This document shows positions 1 through 12,099 of a DNA stretch of 64,000 nucleotides, piece by piece (the stretch's first letter is position 1; the number at the start of each line of letters is the position of its first letter). The position numbers and the translations under genes were made by a program. Below the pieces are notes generated by a model. It saw only the letters and a list, made by a program, of their open reading frames with translations, made no database searches and had not been told where the DNA came from. Location of the stretch: the NCBI RefSeq assembly GCF_044704955.1, contig NC_091982.1, forward strand, positions 102,610,001-102,674,000. The letters run 5' to 3'. The stretch is from Pristiophorus japonicus (lineage: Eukaryota).

Positions 1-223
1 CTTCAGGTCACACATCCCGACTTGGGCATGTATGGCCGTTCCTTCATCGTCACTGGGCCAAAACCCTGCAAACCCCTGCCTGACACACCATGGGGGTTCC
101 TTCGCCGCACGGACTGAAGCGAATCAAGAAGAAGACTTGCCACCAGAGTCTTCAGGGCAACTAGGATGGGCAATAAATATTGGTCTTGCTAGCAACGACC
201 ATATCCCCAGAATGAATTAAAAA
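1..223 (+). mobile_element. 3' end of a CR1/L2-group LINE (shark-type 3' UTR)
   Basis: Resembles, from memory, the common chondrichthyan LINE tail (ccttc..gtc.ctggg.caaaa.cctg..., gggcaataaat..tgg.ct.gc.agc.acg.cca.atccc). Ends in an A-rich tail. Confidence 0.6.
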
Positions 224-235
224 TTATAAAAAACA

Positions 236-845
236 CAAGCAATTAGGAAAGCAAATGGTGTTAGCCTTTATTACAAAAGGATTGGAGTAGAAGAGTAAAG
301 AAGTCTTACTGCAATTATATAGCACCTTGGTGAGAGCACACCTAGAGTGCTGTGTACTGTTTTGGTCTCCTTACTTAAGATAGGGAGTGCAACAAGGCTT
401 CACCTTGTCACAGACTCATTCTTGGGATGGGGGATTGGCCTATGAGGAGAGATTGAGTAGACTGGGCCTATATTCTCTAGAGTTTAGAAGAATGAGAGGT
501 GATCTCATTGAAACGTATACAATTCTTTAGGGGCTTGACAGGGTAGATGGTGGGAGGATATTTCCTCTGGCTGGACAGTCTAGAACTCAGTCTCAGAATA
601 AGGGGTCGGCCATTTGGGACTGATTTGAGGGATGTGAATCTTTGGAATGCCCCAGAGGGCTGTGGATGCTCAGTCGTTGAGTACATTCAAGCCAATATTT
701 TTTGGGGATACTAACGGAACCAAGGGATATGGGAATAGTGGTGGAAGGTGGATTTGAGGTAGATCAGCCATGATCTTATTGAATGGAGGAGCAGGCTTGA
801 AGGGCCGAATGGCCTACTCCTGCATCTATTTCTTATGTTCTTATG
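236..845 (+). mobile_element. Degraded 5'-truncated CR1 LINE (RT C-terminus + 3' UTR)
   Basis: Encodes remnants of KANG-LAFI-KG-E-KSKEVLLQLY and GLYSLEFRRMRGDLIE. Ends in the CR1 tail ggccgaatggcctactcctgc...ttcttatgttcttatg. Confidence 0.9.
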
Positions 846-1959
846 AGACCGAGTAAGGCTTGGAGCCTCAGAAAACTCTCGAATTCCCTTACTTTGGGGA
901 CAAAGAAGATGATATCTACATAATATAGGTTTAATATACATCATTGCAAGGTTTAAAAAGTTGGACTAGATTTTCTAAATCACTAAAGGCAAGTTTTCAA
1001 AGTGTTACCCTAGCATGAAAAACGTGCATTGTACACTCTTTGGAATTATGTTTAGAATCCTATAGTAAGGTATTAGATCACAAACTAGTCTACAGTGATT
1101 TTAGTCTAGTCTTCCTGCCAATTGTACTATCAATTTGTAATCACAGGTGGATGTATATGAGAGAAGCTCATTTATTGTATATTAGTTATTCCAGTACATG
1201 TGGATTATCCCATTCCACTTCTATCTGAAGCTTCATATTAAGTTTATTTTATTCAGGAGTGTGGTCGAATTAAAATACCTGCAGGTGAAGTTGAAAGACT
1301 AAAAGTTATTTGTTGGATTGCAGAAATCCCAGTTCCTTGTGATCTGTGTTGAGTTAAAATGTAACCAAGGAGCGAATACAATAATCTCAATTTTTCTCTT
1401 GTCTGGCATTGTTTCTGTCGGATTTCACAGAGTTACAGAAACACACGCTTAGCAAGAATTGCTTTTTGCAGTGTCATTTATGCAAAGATGTTATTTTTGA
1501 TGTGGGTTTATAAAAGTCACGATATTTAACTGCTATGGAAAAAGGCTCCTTCCAGGGATCTGCAGCAGGATCTCGCAGGCGGCCGACCATAGTTGCATCA
1601 CACAGGTCACCAATGCCCTGTTTCACAGGTAAACATTATGTAATCTTTGCCACTGATGAAGCCAGTGTTAATGAGCATGTGCTGCGCTTTACGGCTCTGG
1701 CTGGCTTCCCACAGTTGGAGAGCATCATCAATTGCACACGTGGCTATTAGGGCACCCCCCACATCACCCAGGAGTGTTTGTGAATCGCAAGGGCTTCCAC
1801 TCCCTCAATGTGCAGCTCGTCTGCAACCATAAAATAGTTATGCATGTATGCGCCAGATTCCCTGGCAGCTGTCATGACTCTTTCGTGCTGCTCCAGTCCA
1901 CCCTCCCTCAGCTCTTCGCACTTTCAAACAGACTTACCGGCTGGCTGCCTGGAGACAAG

Positions 1960-3096
1960 GGGGTGGATTTTCGGCTCCTCTCTGCTTCGTTTTTCACCCC
2001 GGAGCAGCGGCAATGGCGGCGGAGAGGTGTTCTGGCCGGGTGGTCAGCCTCCAGCGTCCTGCAGCGATTCACGGGTCTGGTTTTGTGTTGGTGTGCAATG
2101 CCCCTGGTTGCGACACTTGCGTGAGTTTTGACTCTTGCCTGACCCTTACGCCCCAAAGCGCGATTCGCAGTGAACGCCTGGGAAATCAGGCAGTCCAGTG
2201 ATACCGACAGCGGAGAAGTAAGTAATAGAAACATAGAAACATAGAAAATAGGTGCAGGAGTAGGCCATTCGGCCCTTCTAGCCTGCACCGCCATTCAATG
2301 AGTTCATGGCTGAACATGCAACTTCAGTACCCCATTCCTGCTTTCTCACCATACCCCTTGATTCCCCTAGTAGTAAGGACTTCATCTAACTCCTTTTTGA
2401 ATATATTTAGTGAATTGGCCTCAACAACTTTCTGTGGTAGAGAATTCCACAGGTTCACCACTCTCTGGGTGAAGAAATTCCTCCTCATCTCGGTCCTAAA
2501 TGGCTTCCCCCTTATCCTTAGACTGTGTCCCCTGGTTCTGGACTTCCCCAACATTGGGAACATTCTTCCTGCATCTAACCTGTCTAACCCCGTCAGAATT
2601 TTAAACGTTTCTATGAGGTCCCCTCTCATTCTTCTGAACTCCAGTGAATACAAGCCCAGTTGATCCAGTCTTTCTTGATAGGTCAGTCCCGCCATCCCGG
2701 GAATCAGTCTGGTGAACCTTCGCTGCACTCCCTCAATAGCAAGAATGTCCTTCCTCAGGTTAGGACTCCTAAGGTAAGTGTGATTGTTTTTCCTATTAAT
2801 TTTTTTTGCGATTTGTCTTGTGGTGTTTTGCAAGTGTTTTTTTTTTAGTTTGTTTCCCTCCCCCCCACCCCCCGGACGTTTCTCGAGGGCTCTCGGCCCG
2901 GTTCTTTAGCTCAGGGGTTTTTCATTCTAATGCCCTAAGAGAGGTGTACAACGCCTCCGTTAGCACTTCACCCTCTGACTCGGGGCTCAGTTGCCCAATT
3001 TTACACTTACTGAGGCGCAAACTGTTCCCGGGCACAAAGTTTACCGTCCCCGTCGCCATTACCGCCCCCAAATCATCAAAGCCGAAAATCAAGCCC
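1960..3096. mobile_element. Non-autonomous Harbinger MITE nested in the H1 transposase
   Basis: TIRs ggggtggattttcggct / agccgaaaatcaagccc, flanks aag/atg. Removing it rejoins the GDKG and YPL parts of the motif. Confidence 0.85.
2225..2765 (-). mobile_element. Young 5'-truncated CR1 LINE inside the MITE
   Basis: ORF 2324-2833 contains SPNLRKDILAIEGVQRRFTRLIPGM...KGYGEKAGMGY, with a (tttctatg)n tail. Nearly identical to 44738-45444. Confidence 0.95.
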
Positions 3097-3719
3097 ATGG
3101 CTATCCACTGAAGTCGGAGCTCATGACACCCTTGAGGAGGACAAGCAATGAGGCCGAGGAGCATTATAATGACAGCCACATGTCAACCAGATTTGTTATT
3201 GAGCAATCAACTGGCATGCTGAAGATGTGCTTCAGATGTTTTGACAGATCTGGAGTAGCCCTTCAGTACGCACCAGCCAGGCTCTCCAGAATCATCGTGG
3301 CATGAGGATTGGAGCATGTAGGAGGGGCAAGACACAGTGCACACAGCCTCTTCAGAGGAGGAGGAGGAACAGGTGGAACACGAGGCGGAGGAGGTGGAGG
3401 AGCCTGAGGTGGAGATGACATTGCTGCCCGGGAAGCTTGAGATGGCCTCATAATGTCCAGGTAACTTCCTCCCGCAACAACACCACAAAGCAGTCTTACA
3501 ATGACTGAACCATTACTGTCACCCAAACCCCCATTGCTCGAGGGTAAGTAATATCTCACCATTCACTCGAAGTGACAAAGCCACTTCCCAAGTAGCAGGT
3601 AAAAATGGACAATATGGGAAAGTTGTGCAAAGAAATAAACTTATGTGCGTCAAAAATATAATTTAAACTTAACATTAACATTTTGTCATGCACCCATGTG
3701 GATATGCTTGTGCCTCTAG

Positions 3720-5550
3720 GATTGTCTTTTTTTGTTTACTTGTGCTTCTATTAGGTGCAACCCCTGTGGCTTCAGCAGAAGTAGAGGCAGGCTGCTCACT
3801 TTCCTGCTACGGCTGCTTTGAAACTTTTGCCGGACGTCCTCTGGGTTTTGGAGTCTGTGAGGGCCCCACCAAAGTCTGCTGCTCCTGCGACTGTGCAGGG
3901 GCAGACTTGGCCATCGCGATCCGAGGAGGCATCTGGGGCTCTGACTGAGGGGGAGTCAATGGGGGAGAATTGGGAACACTTTTAGAAGAGCCCCCACGTC
4001 CATGTTGCCTCTCACCATCATCCCTCTCATGGGCCACCCGCACTCCCCTACTAGTAAGGAGCTGGAGCGCACCTTGCTGCACAGCAGTGAGACAAACGCC
4101 CAAGTCTACGTTAATATCCCGCCACAAGATGAGGTCAATGAGTGTCTGCAATCTGTTGTTCACAGTAAGCATGATCTTGTTGGACTGGTGCATTAGCTGC
4201 TCCATGCAGGTGGCCATCCTTTCCATGGAACAGCACATCGTCACCATCGCCTGCGAGATGGTGGTGCTCATGTTGGAGATGGACTCCTCCATTCTCTGTA
4301 CAGTTGCAGACAGCGTGGCTGCAAAAGCTGTCAGAGACTCGCGCAATTGTTGTTACTACTCCAAGATCACCCTCTTTCCCGATGGCCTCCGAGTTTCAGC
4401 ATCTGCAAGCCACTCAGCAGAGCTTGGAGTATTTTGCACCCTCCGACGAGGATTCTCCACTGCTGTCCCTGTCTCCACCATCAGCTCTTGCTCACTTGTG
4501 ACATGTGAGACACCAGGTGACAACACTACTCTGTCTCACCGAGGTGCGCGTATCTGCGCTGGTGCTGGATGCATTTGGGTCTACTGACGCTGCGCCCTCA
4601 GAGACTAGAACTTCCTCTGAAGAGTCGCTTTCCTCCTCTGGCTGGACAGTGGTGGGGGGGGGGGTGCGGGAGGAAGGGGGGAGGGCACTTGATGGACCTG
4701 TGGGAAAGTAAAGAGATAAATTAGGTTAGAATAAGAACGTGTAACATTACCATCATGCACATGATGACATATCTGCTGCTGATATCGGTCACCGTGAGTG
4801 ACTGTTGTATGCCATATGGCTGTATGAGATTTCATTCTGTCACTAGATTACTGCAAGGACCATTTCTCTATGTTTCCCACCGCCAGAAGCTCTGTAACTC
4901 CAGAGATTTAAAGCACCTCCTTCTCTGCTGGAGTCAAATTGGTGAATATTGGAGGACCTCTCTGCCTCTCCCTATTGTTGTGCACTCTCGTCTCCTGCAA
5001 GGAGAGAAAGAAGAGAACTTTGAGTGAGAGTGATGGATTGAGTGAAAGGAATGGATGGGTTAAATCTGTAGGGGGTGACTATGAATGAATGGCGTGACTT
5101 TGCCGAATGCTCTCTTTCTGTGGTGTTACTTGCTGAGATTGCATTAGGCTGAGGATGAGTGTCAGTGGTGGTTAGTCAGATGGGGATGAGAGTGGGTACA
5201 TAGACATAGAGGGATGGGTGGGCGTGCAAGGTAGGTTGGTGTCAGGAGTGATGTGCAGGAATAGGTTTGGGAAGGCAGAGTGATGGGGATATGGTGACAG
5301 GCACATCAGGATGATGGTGAGTGTGGCTTTGCACTCACCTTTCCTGACCTCAAGAGATTATTAAGTCTTTTGCGACAGTGGATCCATGTCCACTTCATGA
5401 CATCCCTGCTGCTGACCTCTTCCGCAATCTCCATCTATGCCCTCTTAGTGTTTCCGGCTGGTCTTTTGCGGCCATCCTCAGGGAAGAGGACCAGCACTTC
5501 CAGCGAGGCATCAGGGAATCTTGGTGCTGTCTTCTGTCTGTGTATCTCTA
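3720..5550 (-). pseudogene. Harbinger Myb/SANT-like DNA-binding gene of H1 (3 exons, decayed)
   Basis: Exon 1 reads KTAPRFPDASLEVL...EIAEEVSSRDVMKWTWIHCRKRLNNLLRSGK|gtgagt (donor about 5333-5338). Exon 3 has a heptad-like stretch and a PKPRGRP AT-hook-like motif (ORF 3807-4346). Confidence 0.8.
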
Positions 5551-6177
5551 TGACCCACAGAAATCTCAATATTATGCAGCAATTTGTAGCTCTCCCAAAC
5601 ACCTGGATCTCTCCTCCAACAACCTTCAACTGAGATGTGTGCAAATTGAACTCAAAATTACGCTAGTTTTGAGAAGTTTTAAAAATAAATATTTGCGCTG
5701 AAAACGAGTCATTGGTGACGTCATCAGTCATGCTCCATTTAATTGGGTCAGGAAACCGGTGCGACTCTTTGAATTGATGTAATTGAGTTAAACGTGCAGT
5801 GCAGAATGCGCTGTTGGAAAGTTCGGGATAGCGACCAGTTACACGGCCAACACGCTCCCGCTCCGTTGCTCAGGTAAAGATTCCGGACAATGTTTGAACT
5901 GTTGATTTCCATTTGTACTGATTGAAAGGTTATGGTGAATGGACCAGGTAGTTACATAATGGCGTGGAGTCTCTGCTGGTTTTTCTGCGATCTTTTGCAC
6001 TAGTTTAAAAATGATTAAACTGCCCACGCCTCCACATGGAATTAATCACCAGTGCAACTTTCTGCTCCTTATGCCCGTTTGCAGGTCTTCAGGAAGCTCT
6101 TAAAATTAAGTTTTTATTTTAGATGCAAGGACACTTATAGGCACGTTTTAAAAGTTTAAAAAAAATGTTTTTAACTT

Positions 6178-7155
6178 CATCATCATAGGCAGTCCCTCGG
6201 AGTTGAGGAAGACTTGCTTCCAATCAAAATGAGTCCTTAGGTGGCTGTACAGTTCAATATGAGAACCTCAGTCTCTGTCACAGGTGGGTCAGATAGTCGT
6301 TGAAGGAAAGGGTGGGTGGGACTTGTTTCCCACATGCTCTTTCCGCTGCCTGCGATTGATTTCTGCATGCTCTCGGCAATGAGACTCAAGGTGCTCAGCG
6401 CCCTCCCGGATATACTTCTTCCACTTAGAGCGGTCTTTGGCCAGGGACTCCCAAGTGTCAGTGGGGATTGTTGCACTTTATCAGGGAGGCTTTGAGGGCG
6501 TCCTTGTAACGTTTCCTCTGCACACCTTTGGCTCATTTGTCGTGAAGGAGTTCCAAGTAGAGCACTTGCTTTGGGAGTCTTGTGTCTGGCATGCGAACAA
6601 TGTGGCCTGCCCAGCAGAGCTGATCAAGTGTGGTCAGTGCTTCAATGCTGGGGATGTTGGCCTGGTCAAGGACACTAATGTTGGTGCGCCTGTCCTCGCA
6701 GGGTGTTTGTACAATCTTGCGGAGACATCGTTGGTGGTATTTCTCCAGCGACTTGAAGTGTCGACTGTACATGGTCCATGTCTCTGAGCCATACAGGAGG
6801 GAAGGTATTACTACAGCCCTGTAGACCATGAGCTTGGTGGCAGTTTTTAGAGCCTGGTCTTCAAACACTCTTTTCCTCAGGCGGCTGAAGACTGCACTGG
6901 CGCACTGGAGGCGGTGTTGAATCTCATCGGCAATGTCTGCTCTTGTTAATAAGAGGCTCCCGAGGAATGGGAAATGGTCCACGTTGTCCAGGGCTGCACT
7001 GTAGCTCTTGATGACAGGGGGGCTGTGCCGTGCGGCGAGGACAGGTTGGTGGAGGACCTTTGTCTTACAGATGTTTAGCGTAAGGCCCATGCTTTCGTAC
7101 GCCTCAGTAAATACGTCGACTATGTCCTGGATTTCAGCCTCAGTTTGTGCGTAAA
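6178..7155 (-). mobile_element. 5'-truncated RTE-clade LINE
   Basis: ORF 6533-7216 contains GLTLNICKTKVL, DHFPFLGS, LLYGSETWT and WAGHIVRMPDTRLPKQ. (gat)n tail after gagggactgcct. 10-bp TSD tttttaactt (6168-6177 / 7156-7165). Confidence 0.95.
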
Positions 7156-7997
7156 TTTTTAACTTACAAGGAAACTGACTACTGTGCACCAATGTAACTA
7201 GTAAATTGTTGTGCATAGTTACTTAAAGTCATTTTCATTTATTTAAAAGCTGGTTACTCACAGGTGGTGGACTTAAAAATGCTTATTTTTTGTGATAAAC
7301 TAATTTTTAGTTGTATTAATCAAATTGCACCAAGTTCCCACTCTTAAATGTATCTCAGAATATTTTTATGCAAAAATTTTAATTAAAAAATGATGTTCTG
7401 AAACGCTGCCTGATTGCTTTGGCAGATTTTACGTTCGATGATATGCAAATGAGTTTGAGCGGAAACTTGAGCAAATAAAACTTCTCACAACCAGTGGAAT
7501 TTAGAGTTCAATTAGCGGCAGGATCGCCGATTGCACCCAAAGTGGAAACTCTTGCGGCTGATTTTCAGCTCATTTGTGCCCCATTTAGCGCCTCAGCGGG
7601 GCGCAAAAATGACTTTTGGGGCGCAAGACAAGGTGCACAACATTTTGCACCTGGGCGGAACCTTTACTATGGGTTTGTGACACAGCTAAAACTTACTGCC
7701 CGCTGCTGTATTAACCGTATTGATGATGTAGATCACTGTGCTAGCGCCCCGGGCGGAACTTTCGAGCATTTCTCCCGATTTAGTGTCCGCTCGCGGACCC
7801 CGCCCAGAAAAAACAGTCGGACCCAGAGCGCACCAGGCGCTAACGGCGCCATGTTGAAAGCGGAGGAGGAAGTCACAGTTGTGAGCGAATAAGACAGTCG
7901 GGAGAAGAACGCTGCGTTACGGCATACCTTTGATTGTGAAGTTTTATATGAGCTTCTAGTTTGTTTTAAAGGATAGTTAAGGACATTTTAAAAGATA

Positions 7998-10027
7998 TAG
8001 GGGCCACACTATGTCAGGAGCCAGTAATCCTGGCTGCTATATTAATACGGCTTCGAGCTGGAAGAAGGCGTATTGTTGATTATTTGCAACGTAATCGAAG
8101 AGGTCGCAGACGTACAGGGAGGAGGCCTTACCCCCTACAAGTTTACAGGGAACATCGTTCATATACCTCCAGCTCTCTGAGGCACAGTGCGTTAGAAGGC
8201 TGCACTTCCAAAAAGAGATGGTCACAGAGCTATGCTAGCTCATACAGGCAGACCTAATGCCTACCAGTGGCAGCAGGACTACACTGCCCATCGAGGGGAA
8301 GGTGACTGCGGCACTTGCCTTCTATGCTCCGGCTTCTTTCAGGCATCAGCGGGGAACATATGCTCCATCTCGCAGCACGCTGCACATTGCTGCATTCGCC
8401 AGGTGACTACTGCACTCATGCAGAATGGATTTCATAAAGTTCCCAATTACCAGGGAGACCCAAAATGAGAGGGCTGTAGGTTTTGGACAATTTACTGGGT
8501 TCCCCATGATGCAGGGTGCCCTTGACTGTACGCACATTGCCCTGCGAGCACCTTTAGAGAATCCAGAGGTTTTCCGAAACTGAAAGGTATTCCACTTCAC
8601 AGAAGTACAGATCGTCTGCGACCATACTCAGTGCATCATGGCAGTTAATGCCCAATATCAAGGGAGCATTCATGATACTTTCATCTTGCATGAGAGCAGT
8701 GTCTCATGCATGTTCCAGCGCCAACCACAAGGCCAGTGCTGAATGCTCGGGGACAAAGGTTACGACCTCGCCACCTGGCTCATGACCCCCCTCTGGAACC
8801 CTCAGACAGAAGCCGAGCATCGCTATAATGAGAGCCATGCAGCCACACGCAACATTGTAAACAGACAATTGGAGTGTTCAAGCAACGCTTTCAATGCCTG
8901 GACACTCTGGAGGCTGGCTACAATGCTCCCTTCAGCAGGTCTCTGTTCATTGTGGTGTGCTGCATGCTACACAACTTAGCATGATTATCAAAATCCACAA
9001 TGAGGCCTTGGACAACGTGGACCATTTCCCAAACCTCGGGAACCTACTGTCAGCAAAAGTGGACATTGATGACGAGGTCCAACACCGCCTTCAGTGTACC
9101 AGCGCAGCCTTCAGTCGCCTGAGGAAAAGAGTGTTTGAAGAGCAGGACCTCAAACCCAGCACCAAGCCCGTGGTCTACAGGGCAGTAGTGATGCCCGTCC
9201 TTCTATATGGCTCAGAGACTTGGACTATATACAGCAGACACGTCAAAGCGCTGGAGAAGTACCACCGGTGCTGCCTCCGCAAGATCCTGCAAATCCATTG
9301 ACAGGACAGATGCACCAACGTCAGTGTTCTCGCTCAGGTCAACAACCCCAGTATCGAAGCATTGACCACACTCGACCAGCTCCATTGGGTGGGCCACATC
9401 GTCCACAGCCCCAACACAAGACTCCCAAAGCAAGCGCTCTACTCAGAGCTCCGACACGGCAAGCAAGCCCCAGGTGGGCAGTGAAAAGGCTTTAAGGACA
9501 CCTTCAAAAGCCTCCTTGACAAAGTGCAACATCCTCACCAAGACCACCAAAGTGGAGGAAGAGTATCTGGGAGGGAGCTGAGCACTTTGAGTCTCATCGC
9601 CGAGAGCATGCAGAAAGCAAGCATAAGTAGCGAAAGGAGAGTGCATCAACCCAGGGTCCCCACCTACCCTTTCCTTCAACCACTGTCTGTCCCACCTGTG
9701 ACAGAGGCTGTAGGTCCCACATTGGACTCCTCAGTCACCTGAGAACTCACTTTTAGAATGGAAGCAAATCATCCTCAACTCCGAGGGACTGCCTATGATG
9801 ATGACACAACTTAGCCATCATGAGGTGACAGGAATTGCCAATGGTGATTGCAGAACCACCTTAGGAGAGCGGGAGAGGAGGAGGAGGAGCAGGAAAACGA
9901 GGAAGAGGAGCCTGGTGAAGAACCCATGCTGCTGCCACCACCACCATCACCACAGGGGAGGCCGCGTGGAGTTTTCGCCGCTGCAAAAGCCTTACGTCGG
10001 CAGCTCATAATTGAACGCTTTGCTTGA
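7998..10027 (+). pseudogene. Harbinger transposase pseudogene (H2), split by an RTE
   Basis: [56 protein letters not shown] and [12 protein letters not shown], with stops and frameshifts. Confidence 0.9.
8981..9803 (+). mobile_element. 5'-truncated RTE LINE inserted in the H2 transposase
   Basis: DNVDHFPNLG...LLYGSETWT, (gat)n tail, and a 12-bp TSD acacaacttagc (8969-8980 / 9804-9815). Confidence 0.95.
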
Positions 10028-10324
10028 AGAGTGAACGACAGGTTTGAGCATTGCCTGGCCACTCTATCCCCCTTTTATTCTGCAAATGGGACACTACACA
10101 GGAATGGTTAAGGTGAACAAAAAAATTATTAAACATTGTAACATTATAAACGTTAACCTTTATTGTGAGACTTAAATAAAATACAGTAAGCTGCATCCAG
10201 CAGTGTGATGATTCAACAACATTAACATCATAATTCAGTGTGAAACTTTAACATATGTAAAACATACGATGCGTCCAGTATCAACAACATAATGCAGCAA
10301 TTCTGCCCCACTATTTTTTCCCAC

Positions 10325-12099
10325 CATCTTTTGCCCCCCTTCCCCTTGCCACCCTTCCCCTTGCCACCCTTCCCCTTGCTTGCTGCTCTTAATGAAGTGG
10401 CACCAAGATGGCGTGCAGCAAGGCTGCCAGAGCGCTGCTGTGTTGGGGGGAGAGACCATGGAGACGCAGTCTGGGGGCGCACTGGAACAGCTCGTGACGT
10501 GGAAGGCCCGGCTTCTGACTGGCGAGCCTCTTCATCGGTGTCGCCAGTCACAGGTGGTTTAGGTGTGACAGTGGGGAACGCAGAGAGTATGGTGGCAGGC
10601 AAGGACTGCATCACCTGCCCAGCAGGGCTTGTGCCTGTGATGCGCCATATTCGACAAGGGTTCACACCACACTCTCCGGAACTCCAGTGTCACTGCTGGA
10701 GGACACCAGCCTCGTGTGGGCATTGATGGTCTCGCTGGTATCACAGCTCGCACCGACAATCTGTGATCCTACCTCTGTAATGGTTGCTTTCAGACTGTCA
10801 ATGCTCACGGGAATCCAACCCAAAACATCAAGGAGATGATAACTGACTTGGATGCTTTCCCTGAACATTCCCAACATGTCCAGTTCCACATCCGCCTGTC
10901 TGTCAGCAAACCGATTTTGCCAATTCACCCTCCGGAGAGATGGCATGCGGTATTCAACCCCAGCACTGCGTTGCTGCACGCCACTGGTCCCAGGAGCCCC
11001 GGATTACTCGAACCCTGAGAACGTCACGTCATCCTCAAAGTAGCTTATTGCCGCTGGTGGAACAGGGGTGGATTGAAGCTGCGCCGGAGTGGTCTCATCT
11101 GTATCCTCCTCTTCCTTCTCCTCCAGACGATTGACTGACATGGTGGGGTCCCTTGAGGGATGCAGTGCCTGTGTCTGGTCATCTGGAAATAGAAAGCAAC
11201 AGACGAGTGGTTAGCAGCAGGGGAGGAGGCAGGATGACATGAGGAAGGTCGCAGAGCACAGGCTCATTTGAAGGACCGCCGCTACTCCATTATATGTAGT
11301 TTAGAGACACTGCAGGACATTGCCCCAACCCAGCCCAGGGAGTGTGCAGGACTTACCCTCAGTATCCGAACGGGGGTCAGCGCCCCCAGTGGCAGTTGCC
11401 CGACCTGTGATGCCAATGAGGCCTGCCATTCTGTCCTCGATGTTGGTGAGTGGCAGGGTCTGAGCGGACCGTCGCCTGTCAGCACTGGCTCGCGACGATT
11501 ATGCAACGTCTTTTCCCGCAAACTTGAAAATGGGAATGGTTAGAAGAGGGTCGATCTGCTCTTGTGGTACAAATAGCCACCAAAGCACCATACTGTCTGA
11601 ATGTTATACAGTCCTCTGTTTAATGGCCTTTGAAGTTGCACGTAGTTCATCAGGAGGACATAGAAGTGGGGAGCAATCTTATGAGAGCTCAAAAAACAAT
11701 CTTAATAATGTGTAAAGATCATTCATGGCAAATAGGGTGCCGAACTAAGCCGACCTATGTATCATGCTGAGAGGCACCAACAGCATGAGAAAATAGTGTA
11801 TCAGATTTATAATTCAAGTAATGAAAGAGTGCATGAATTAAAATTGTACTCACTCTGACCACCCTTGTCAAATCATTAAATTTCTTTCTGCATGGTGTTC
11901 CAGTCCTCACCACAATGTCTGAAGCAGAGACCTCCTCAGCGATTTGCCTCCAGATCCTCTTAAATATGGATGGCAGTGGTCTAGATCCACCCCAAAGATG
12001 CAACTCCTACCCTCTTCTCTCCACACCCCCCACTAGAGCTTTATTAGCCTCATGGCTGAATCACCTGGCACGCTGCCTAGAATCGTTGTCCTCCATCAT
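10325..12099 (-). pseudogene. Harbinger Myb/SANT-like gene of H2 (3 exons)
   Basis: Exon 1 reads MMEDNDSRQRAR*FSHEANKAL...IWRQIAEEVSASDIVVRTGTPCRKKFNDLTRVVR|gtgagt (about 11848-11853). Exon 2 donor about 11351-11356. Exon 3 ends KGKGGKGKGGKGKGG. Confidence 0.85.

Larger units (their letters stand above)
1545..3470 (+). pseudogene. Harbinger DDE transposase (HARBI1-like, DDE_Tnp_4) pseudogene, split by a MITE
   Basis: Motifs [38 protein letters not shown], then after the insertion YPL..LMTPLR and YNDSHMSTRFVIEQSTGMLKMCFRCFD, followed by an acidic tail. Confidence 0.88.
1545..5890. mobile_element. Harbinger (PIF/Harbinger) transposon copy H1, left end lost, decayed
   Basis: Transposase remnants on + converge with a Myb/SANT gene on -. 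Probable right TIR remnant aagattccggac at about 5877-5888. Interrupted by the MITE at 1960-3096. Confidence 0.8.

Noticed and set aside
2298-2663. Recurrent 121-aa ORF MSSWLNMQLQYPIP... (also 45008-45373) and similar antisense ORFs
   Set aside because: Antisense shadows of near-identical CR1 copies.
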